A stretch of 64,000 nucleotides of DNA from NCBI GenBank assembly GCA_963832445.1, contig CAWHUM010000026.1, positions 232,517 to 296,516 of the forward strand. The letters run 5' to 3'. The notes beneath the pieces are model-generated. The model had not been told where the DNA came from. It saw nothing but the letters and a program-made list of their open reading frames with translations, and made no database searches. How positions within the stretch are numbered: the first letter of the stretch is position 1; each line of letters opens with the position of its first letter. Shown piece after piece: positions 57,108 to 64,000 of the stretch. Origin of the DNA: an uncultured Alphaproteobacteria bacterium. Its GTDB lineage: Bacteria; Pseudomonadota; Alphaproteobacteria; Rhizobiales; Hyphomicrobiaceae. A program made the translations under genes and the position numbers.

Positions 57108-58157
57108 CTACACGGCACGCCGTTGCCGCGCCAACGCCACCACCGCCAGGATCTCGAACAGCATTTGTGCCGCTGCCTGGGCGGTGTTGGTGGTCGCGTC
57201 GTACTGCGGCGCCACCTCGACCACGTCGCCGCCGACGATGTCGAGGCCGGCACAACTGCGCACCAATTCCATTGCCTCCCGCGTGCTCAAGCCCCCGGCC
57301 TCGGGCGTGCCGGTACCGGGCGCAAAGGCCGGATCGAGGCTGTCGACGTCGAAGGAAATGTAGGCCGGGCCAGCCCCGACCACCTGCCGGATTTTCTTGA
57401 CGGTCTTGGCGACCCCCAGCTCGGCAAACTCCTCCGCGTGCAGCACGGTCATGCCGCTGGCGTAGGAGAACTCCCACAGGTACTCCGCGCCGCCGCGGAC
57501 GCCGATCTGGATGGTCCGCTCCGGGTCCAGCACGCCCGCCAGCACAGCCTGCCGGAACGGTCCGCCGTGGTGGAACTTGGCCCCCTCGAAGGGCCCGCCC
57601 GTGTCGCAGTGCGCGTCGATATGCACCAGCCCCACCGGCCTATTGGCGCCCAGGGCCTTCAAAATGGGATAGGTGACGGAGTGATCGCCTCCGACGGCGA
57701 CCGGGGCGACACCGGCAGCTGCAATCTTGGTAAAGAATGCTTCAATGTCCTCGACGCTGTCTGCAAGGCTATAGCGGCTGCGAAACGGTATGTCGCCGAC
57801 ATCGGCTGCCTTCACCGCCGACAGCGGGAGGAAGCGATGCACATGATGGTAGGGGCCGATGCGCTCCACCGCCCGCACCGCCCTTGGCCCGAAGCGTGCG
57901 CCCGGCCGGTTGGTGACGCCCAGGTCCATGGGCACACCGACCAGGGCCACATCGAGGCCCCCGAAGTCCGGCTGGTCGGGGGCATTTTGGCGGAGTGGGG
58001 CGCCAAGGAACGTCGATACGCCCTCGTAGGGCTTCGGGCGCCGGTTGGTTCCCGCGAAGATCGTCTCGACCGCCCGTTTGAACTCCGGGTGGTAGGAGGC
58101 GCTCGGGGAGCCGGCGGAATATCTCGCGCGCAGCGTGTCGAGCTTCTTGCGGTTCAT
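57108..58157 (-). CDS. agmatinase/ureohydrolase family protein
   Basis: 'GGDHSVTYP', 'HIDAHCD' and 'SFDVDSLDP' Mn-binding motifs. Confidence 0.85.
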   Translation of the reverse strand: MNRKKLDTLRARYSAGSPSASYHPEFKRAVETIFAGTNRRPKPYEGVSTFLGAPLRQNAPDQPDFGGLDVALVGVPMDLGVTNRPGARFGPRAVRAVERIGPYHHVHRFLPLSAVKAADVGDIPFRSRYSLADSVEDIEAFFTKIAAAGVAPVAVGGDHSVTYPILKALGANRPVGLVHIDAHCDTGGPFEGAKFHHGGPFRQAVLAGVLDPERTIQIGVRGGAEYLWEFSYASGMTVLHAEEFAELGVAKTVKKIRQVVGAGPAYISFDVDSLDPAFAPGTGTPEAGGLSTREAMELVRSCAGLDIVGGDVVEVAPQYDATTNTAQAAAQMLFEILAVVALARQRRAV

Positions 58158-58341
58158 CCCGGGTTCTCCTTGCCAAGCGTTGCCGAACAGTAAGCGACTG
58201 CTCTCCGCCAATACATGTTCAAGAATTGTTATCCACGAATGCGTGTGATGCGCACACATTTTTCGTCTGCCTGCAGAAGAAAGAAGGGATTATTAGGCTC
58301 ACCGCTTTATTTCTTTCTCCCAGTCTCGGGAGAAGTGTGTG

Positions 58342-61300
58342 ATGCGTGGCGTTGTTCACGAAATTCGTGCTGCTCTGAGGGAGCGCGGCTCGGGCGCCGG
58401 GGACGCAGGGCAACCTGGCGCACGGCGCATGGCCGAGGCACCCGGCGTGCGTACTGGCCAGGTCAATCAGCCCCGGTCACCGCGCAAGATGGTGAGGGTG
58501 CTCGGGGCCATCATCGCCCTTACCGCCGTCGTCTCTGCCCCGCTCGGCTACTGCATCATCGGCTACCTTAAGGAGGCCGAAGCGCTCTCCTACAAGGCCG
58601 AGCTGACCGCGAAGCAGGCTGCGCACTACATCGACATGCCCAAGAATGCGCCGTGGCTCGCCGACAGCGGTCAGCTTCCGCCGATCGGCGAGATCCGGAC
58701 GCCCACCGCAGCACCCATGCTGCAACGGATTTTGGATGCCAACGGGGAGGCCGTCATCGAGAAGGGCGCGACGCTCGCGTGGCCGACGTTTGCCCGCAGT
58801 GCGCCGATCTTCGCCGATGGCAAGCCTGTCGGCAGCGCCGAGGTGTCTGCCAGTCTGCGTCCCTTGTTCGCCGAGGTATCGCTCATTGCGCTGTGCTCGT
58901 TGCTTCTCGGTCTCGCAGCCTACTGGGCGTTTGCCGTACTGCCGCTCAGGGTGGTCGACCGCTCGTTCCGCGAGCTCGAGCTTGCCAACGCCCTTCTCAA
59001 GGAGCGCGAAGCGACGTTGAAGTCGCAGAACCTTGTCTTCGATGCGGCTCTCGAAAACATGTTCCAGGGCCTGGCGATGTTCGACGCCCAAGAGCGGATC
59101 GTCATCGCCAACGATCGCTTCGCCGAGATGTACGGTCTCACGCCCGATCAGGTGAAGCCCGGCACCACGCTGCATCGAGTGGCCGAGCTTCGCGTCGGCA
59201 ACGGTTCCTACGTCGGCCTCACACCCGAGGATGTGGTGAGGACGATGCGCGAGCGCGTGGCACGAGGACGAGAAAGCCACCTGACCAGCAGGCTTGGCAA
59301 TGGCCGCATCATCAGCGTGTCGCTCCGGCCGACCGGCGACGGCGGGTGGGTCAGCACGCACCAGGACATTACAGATCGCGAGAACCTCACAGCGCAGCTG
59401 GCCAGGCAGAACGAACTGCTGCAACAGCGCGAGGAGGAGCTGAAGGCGCAGAACACACGCTTCGACGCCGCCACACGCTACATGTCGCAAGGCTTGTGTC
59501 TGTTCGATGCCGACCAGCGCGTGTTGATCTCCAACGACCGCTACGCCGACCTCTATGGCCTCACTCCCGAGGAGATCAAGCCAGGTACCACGCTGCGCCA
59601 AATCCTGGAGGCGCGCGCCGAGAAGGGCCTCTACAAGAACATGGACGCCAAGGCGTTCGTGAGCACAGGGGTCGCCAGCTTCAGCAAGGAAGTCTCCGAG
59701 ATCGTGCGCCTTGCCGACGGGCGCTGCATCTCCGTGTTGCGCCGGCCCATGCCCGATGGCGGATTGGTCAGCACGCACGAGGATGTCACCGAAAGGGAAA
59801 AGCTGAGCGCGCGCCTTGAAAGGCAGAACGAGCTGCTGCGGCAGCGCGAAGAGGAGCTGCAAGCCTGGAACCTGCGGCTCGACGCGGCGCTCGAGAACAT
59901 GGCGCAAGGTCTGTGCCTGTATGACTCCCAGCAGCAGGTGGTGATCGCCAATCGGCGCTTCGCAGAGATCTATGGCCTAAGCCAGGACCAGGTGAAGCCC
60001 GGCGCCACGCTGCGCCAAATCCTGGAGGCCAGAATCGGCAAAGGCCTTTATGCGGGGGCAAGCCCGGAGGAGTACATCAAGGAGCGGCTCGCCGCCCTCG
60101 GAGAGGCCTCGACCAAGATCCAACGCTTGAGCGACGGACGCGACATCGCCATCTGCCACACGCCGATGCGCGACGGTGGCTGGGTGACCACCCACGAGGA
60201 TGTCACCGAGCGCGAAAGCCTCAAGTGGCGCCTCAAGCAGCAGAACGACCAGCTGGATGCGGCCTTGAACAACATGACGCATGGGCTGGTCATGTTCGAC
60301 GCCGACCAGCGGTTGGTGGTCTGCAACCAGCGCTACATCGAGATGTACCGGCTGACACCCGAGCAGAGCAAGCCCGGTACAACCATGCGCGAGATCTTGC
60401 AGCATCGCCTGGCCAACGGATGCCACAACAAGACCGACCCGGCGCATTTCGTGGATGATCTGGCGAGGGAATTCAACAAGAGGTCGAGCGACATTCACGA
60501 GCTGATCGACGGGCGCATCATCCATGTGCGGCGACAGGAGGCGGCGAGCGGCGGCTGGGTGATCACGCACGAGGACATCACCGAGCGCCAGAAACTGCAC
60601 GCAAAGCTCGAGCAGAACAACAAGCTGCTGAGCGAGCGCACGTCGAGATTGCAGACGATCATCGACAACTTTCCGGGCGGATTGTCCTTCCTCGATCGCG
60701 ACCTGCGCATCGTGTTCTGCAACGAAAAGGCCAAGCAGCTGCTGGACCTTCCCGACTCGCTGTTTGCCAACGGTCCTCCCTCGATCGAGGACCTGTTCCG
60801 CTACAACGCGCAGCGCGGCGAGTACGGTCCCGGCGAGGTCGAAGAGCACGTCGCCAACCGCATGGCCATCGTCAGGTCGTCGCCGCAGGGGCAAGAGCAC
60901 GAGCGCGTGCGTCCGGACGGCACAGTGCTGGACGTCCGCAGTGCACCGCTCGATAGCGGCGGCTTCATTGCCACTTATATGGATATCACTGAGCGGCGCC
61001 GCTCGGAGGCCAAGATCGCGCACATGGCGCTGCACGATGCCTTGACCGGCCTCGCCAACCGCGTGCTGCTCAACGAGCAGCTCGAGCAGGCGCTCTCGCG
61101 GGTCAGGCGCGGCGAGATGGTTGCCGTGCACCTGCTCGACCTCGACCATTTCAAGAACGTCAACGATACCCTGGGGCACCCGGCTGGCGACAAGCTGCTC
61201 AAGGATGCCGCGTGTCGCTTGCGCGCTCTGGTGCGTGACACGGACACGATCGCCCGCATGGGCGGCGACGAGTTTGCGATCCTGCAAGTTGCGATAGGCC

Positions 61301-62331
61301 AGCCGGCGGATGCCACGGCGCTGGCGCAACGCGTCATCCAGTCGGTGGGCGCTCCTTACGAGATCGACGGGCGCCAGGTGCTGATCGGCACCAGCGTCGG
61401 CATTGCCATCGGTCCTGCGGATGGGCTGACGTCCGATCAATTGATGCGCAATGCCGACCTTGCGCTCTATCGCGCCAAGGGCGACGGGCGCGGCACCTAC
61501 CGCTTCTTCGAGGCCGAGATGGACGCGCAGATGCAGCAGCGGCGCGTCATGGAGCTGGACCTGCGCAAGGCCCTGACGGCCGGGCAATTCGAGCTGCACT
61601 ATCAGCCCGTCGTCAATCTGGAGAACAACAAGATCAGCGGTTTCGAGGCCCTCGTGCGCTGGCAGCATCCCGAGAAGGGGATGATCGCGCCTGGCCAGTT
61701 CATAGGCCTGGCGGAGGAGATCGGCTTCATCGTGCCGCTCGGCGAATGGGTGATCAGGGAGGCCTGTGCCACTGCCGCCAAATGGCCGGGGCACATGCGC
61801 ATCTCGGTCAACCTTTCACCGGCCCAGTTCAAGAATTCCGGCCTGGTGCAGATCGTGGTCGGGGCGCTGGCGGCCTCCGGGCTCGCCGCGGACCGGCTGG
61901 AGCTCGAGATCACCGAGACGGCATTGCTGGAGGACAGCGAAGCCACGTTCGCCACGCTCTACCGCCTGCGCGAGCTCGGCGTGCGCATCGCCATGGACGA
62001 CTTCGGCACCGGCTATTCGTCGCTTGCCTATCTGCAGAGCTTCCCCTTCGATCGCATCAAGATCGACCGGTCGTTCATACGGGACATCGCCGACAGCATC
62101 GGCTCGGTCAACATCGTGCGGGCGGTGGCGGCGCTGGCGAAGGGACTCGGCATGGAAACGACGGCCGAGGGCGTGGAGACGAGCGAGCAGCTCGATTCCG
62201 TGCGCTCTGAGGGCTGCACCGAGATGCAGGGCTTCCTGTTCAGCCGGCCGCGACCCGCCGACGAGCTCGAGCAGCTGTTCTTCAGCAGCCAGGACCGCGA
62301 AGGCGGCGCTGGCGCGGCAAGCGCCGCTTAA
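58342..62331 (+). CDS. membrane-anchored 5xPAS-GGDEF-EAL signalling protein
   Basis: Two TM helices flank an extracytoplasmic segment, followed by five PAS modules. Also 'RMGGDEFA' (GGDEF), 'EALVRW' and 'DDFGTGYSS' (EAL). The start is uncertain (58342, or 58489 'MVRVLG'). Confidence 0.9.
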   Translation: MRGVVHEIRAALRERGSGAGDAGQPGARRMAEAPGVRTGQVNQPRSPRKMVRVLGAIIALTAVVSAPLGYCIIGYLKEAEALSYKAELTAKQAAHYIDMPKNAPWLADSGQLPPIGEIRTPTAAPMLQRILDANGEAVIEKGATLAWPTFARSAPIFADGKPVGSAEVSASLRPLFAEVSLIALCSLLLGLAAYWAFAVLPLRVVDRSFRELELANALLKEREATLKSQNLVFDAALENMFQGLAMFDAQERIVIANDRFAEMYGLTPDQVKPGTTLHRVAELRVGNGSYVGLTPEDVVRTMRERVARGRESHLTSRLGNGRIISVSLRPTGDGGWVSTHQDITDRENLTAQLARQNELLQQREEELKAQNTRFDAATRYMSQGLCLFDADQRVLISNDRYADLYGLTPEEIKPGTTLRQILEARAEKGLYKNMDAKAFVSTGVASFSKEVSEIVRLADGRCISVLRRPMPDGGLVSTHEDVTEREKLSARLERQNELLRQREEELQAWNLRLDAALENMAQGLCLYDSQQQVVIANRRFAEIYGLSQDQVKPGATLRQILEARIGKGLYAGASPEEYIKERLAALGEASTKIQRLSDGRDIAICHTPMRDGGWVTTHEDVTERESLKWRLKQQNDQLDAALNNMTHGLVMFDADQRLVVCNQRYIEMYRLTPEQSKPGTTMREILQHRLANGCHNKTDPAHFVDDLAREFNKRSSDIHELIDGRIIHVRRQEAASGGWVITHEDITERQKLHAKLEQNNKLLSERTSRLQTIIDNFPGGLSFLDRDLRIVFCNEKAKQLLDLPDSLFANGPPSIEDLFRYNAQRGEYGPGEVEEHVANRMAIVRSSPQGQEHERVRPDGTVLDVRSAPLDSGGFIATYMDITERRRSEAKIAHMALHDALTGLANRVLLNEQLEQALSRVRRGEMVAVHLLDLDHFKNVNDTLGHPAGDKLLKDAACRLRALVRDTDTIARMGGDEFAILQVAIGQPADATALAQRVIQSVGAPYEIDGRQVLIGTSVGIAIGPADGLTSDQLMRNADLALYRAKGDGRGTYRFFEAEMDAQMQQRRVMELDLRKALTAGQFELHYQPVVNLENNKISGFEALVRWQHPEKGMIAPGQFIGLAEEIGFIVPLGEWVIREACATAAKWPGHMRISVNLSPAQFKNSGLVQIVVGALAASGLAADRLELEITETALLEDSEATFATLYRLRELGVRIAMDDFGTGYSSLAYLQSFPFDRIKIDRSFIRDIADSIGSVNIVRAVAALAKGLGMETTAEGVETSEQLDSVRSEGCTEMQGFLFSRPRPADELEQLFFSSQDREGGAGAASAA

Positions 62332-62357
62332 GGCGGGCGCCGGCCGCCGCGCTTGCG

Positions 62358-62645
62358 TCAGCCGACCAGGTGCTCCACCGTGTCGTAGGCCTGGGTGTCG
62401 GGGGCAGCCTTCAACAGGCCTGCGAGCGCACCCCAAAGGGCCTGAATTTTGGCGACGGAGGAGTCTGCGTCCGCCTTGCTTGCATAGATGGCGGTGACCG
62501 CACCTTGTCCGTCGGCGCGCCAGGCCACGTAGATGTCGACTACACCCGGCAGGGCCTTGGCCGCAGGCTGCATCTCCTTGAGCTTCGCCGGCAGCTCGCC
62601 GAGCCGCGAAGGATCCACCTCGAACGACGTTACGCGTGCGTACAT
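62358..62645 (-). CDS. small ABM-fold-like hypothetical protein
   Basis: 95 aa, 'MYARVTSFEVDP..VDIYVAWRADGQGAVTAIYASKADAD'. The family assignment is weak. Confidence 0.45.
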   Translation of the reverse strand: MYARVTSFEVDPSRLGELPAKLKEMQPAAKALPGVVDIYVAWRADGQGAVTAIYASKADADSSVAKIQALWGALAGLLKAAPDTQAYDTVEHLVG

Positions 62646-62901
62646 GGCCGTTTCCCCTTGTTGCATCGAGTGCGCGACGACGCTGGCACGGCCTGGGGGC
62701 GGAATAACGGCACGCCCACGGATGGTGCTCGATCGGGTCGTAGTCTCTTGACCGCTGCCGACGGCTCTGGCCTCAATGCTTCGAAAGATGTGGTCAGGGG
62801 GCGACCATGCACTGCACGTCTGTGATGCGCACCAAAGCCGACGATGCCAGCATGCCAACCGCCTCGCGGATTGCGAGGACAAGTGCTGCGGCGCGCCGCG
62901 C

Positions 62902-64000
62902 GTGACGGACAACCCGCACCGGATCGTTGTGGTCGGCGGCGGCGCCGGCGGGCTCGAGCTGGTAACCCGGCTCGGCGACAGGCTGGGCAAGCGCGGCAAG
63001 GCCCACGTCACGCTGATCGACCGGCGTCGCACGCACCTGTGGAAGCCGCTGCTGCACGAGATCGCCGCCGGCAGCATGGACTTGGGCACGCACGAGCTCG
63101 ATTACCTGGCACAGGCCTATTGGCACGGCTTCACCTTTCGCTTGGGTGCGCTGATCGGCATCGACCGCGGACGGCGCATGGTGCGTGTGGCGCCCTACAT
63201 CGACAGCGAGGGCCGCGAGGTGACGCCGGCGCGCGAGTTCGGATACGACACGCTGGTGATCGCCATCGGCAGCCTCACCAACGACTTCGGCACCCGGGGC
63301 GTGAAAGCGCACGCGATCGCGCTGGAAACGGCCGACGAGGCCAAGCGCTTCCACGGCCGCCTGATCAACGCCTGCATCCGCGCCCATTCGCAGACCGAGC
63401 CGCTGCGCCCCGAGCAGCTGCAGGTGGCGATCATCGGTGCTGGTGCGACAGGGACCGAGCTGGCGGCCGAGCTGCACAAGACAACGCGCCAGCTCGTTGC
63501 CTTCGGCCTCGACCGCATCGACCCCGACAAGGACATCAAGATCCACCTGATCGAGGCGGCCCCGCGCATCCTGCCCGCGCTTCCCGAGCGGCTTTCGGAA
63601 GCTGCCGCCAAGCTGCTCGAGGGGCTGAACGTGCGCATCCACACCCGCGCGCGTGTCATGGAAGTCACGGCGAACGGCGTCTCGCTTGAGAGCGGCCTGT
63701 CGATACCCGCAGAGCTCGTCGTGTGGGCCGCTGGCATCAAGGCGCCGGACCTGCTCAAGGATATCGCCGGCTTGGAAACCAACCCGATCAATCAGCTGGT
63801 GGTGCGACAGACGCTGCAGACCACGCGCGATGATGCCATCTTCGCCTTTGGCGACTGCTCCGCGTGTCCCTGGCCGGGGCATCCGGGCACGGTGCCGCCG
63901 CGTGGGCAGGCGGCGCACCAGCAGGCCTCGCACCTGGCGAGAGAGCTGCCACGGCGCATTGCCGGCATGTCGGTCAGGGAGTGGCGCTATCGCGACTTCG
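62902..64000 (+). CDS. ndh: type II NADH dehydrogenase (partial, runs off the window)
   Basis: 'HRIVVVGGGAGGLELVTRLG' and 'VAIIGAGATGTELAAEL' dinucleotide folds. The frame is open to nt 64000. The GTG at 62902 is tentative. This ORF is not in the supplied track because it has no stop in the window. Confidence 0.85.
   Translation, partial: MTDNPHRIVVVGGGAGGLELVTRLGDRLGKRGKAHVTLIDRRRTHLWKPLLHEIAAGSMDLGTHELDYLAQAYWHGFTFRLGALIGIDRGRRMVRVAPYIDSEGREVTPAREFGYDTLVIAIGSLTNDFGTRGVKAHAIALETADEAKRFHGRLINACIRAHSQTEPLRPEQLQVAIIGAGATGTELAAELHKTTRQLVAFGLDRIDPDKDIKIHLIEAAPRILPALPERLSEAAAKLLEGLNVRIHTRARVMEVTANGVSLESGLSIPAELVVWAAGIKAPDLLKDIAGLETNPINQLVVRQTLQTTRDDAIFAFGDCSACPWPGHPGTVPPRGQAAHQQASHLARELPRRIAGMSVREWRYRDF

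Noticed and set aside
59011-60994. Regular ~375-nt periodic repeats, checked as a possible CRISPR-like or tandem-repeat array.
   Set aside because: They are in-frame PAS module duplications within one ORF. There are no short identical direct repeats with unique spacers anywhere in the window.
62806-62901. Cys/His-rich in-frame extension upstream of ndh ('HALHVCDAHQSRRCQHANRLADCEDKCCGAPR').
   Set aside because: It contains no start codon, and NDH-2 proteins normally begin just before the first GGGxGG fold. It is probably untranslated leader.

Overview
This window looks like a high-G+C alphaproteobacterial chromosome segment, probably Hyphomicrobiales/Bradyrhizobiaceae-like; that guess rests only on gene content, gene order and the REP hairpin families, with no database search. 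It is mostly housekeeping. Recognisable genes in order: hybrid sensor kinase, cytochrome c, TauE-type permease, a DnaA-domain-IV HTH + DUF6456-type pair, NmrA-like reductase, alpha/beta hydrolase, ppk2, AI-2E transporter, cell-wall amidase, NicX-like protein, a NitT/TauT-type ABC operon, SDR, RidA, ribF, ileS, vapBC, lspA, two M16 peptidases, pgi, mutL, an orphan low-G+C gene, DMT transporter, rsmD, SDR, pseudouridine synthase, tadA, an HExxH ORF, two patatins, an alpha/beta hydrolase, purD, xseA, DUF2093, lpxK, DUF374-waaA, msbA-like, DUF4170, ubiA, ctaA, DUF1028, parDE-like pair, GGT-family protein, agmatinase-family protein, a 1330-aa 5xPAS-GGDEF-EAL protein, and ndh (partial). I saw no rRNA, tRNA, CRISPR array, transposase or integrase. 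No clear multi-gene novel system emerges. The best accessory candidates are: (a) a compositionally foreign islet right after mutL, with one orphan 285-aa gene followed by about 0.9 kb of non-coding DNA carrying nested palindromes; (b) purD chained by three ATGA overlaps to a hydrolase and two patatin-like lipases, plus a downstream HExxH ORF; (c) a split GafA-like regulator pair. Other notable observations: a roughly 0.4-kb foreign-codon patch inside ileS; a REP hairpin inserted at the rsmD start codon with a 15-bp duplication; a three-hairpin spacer upstream of pgi; and about a dozen single-base frame breaks (ABC operon, AI-2E, pgi, mutL). Those breaks could be sequencing indels or real decay in a mutL-deficient lineage, and the sequence alone cannot separate the two. 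All internal start coordinates were derived by hand from the ORF track and are approximate where stated.
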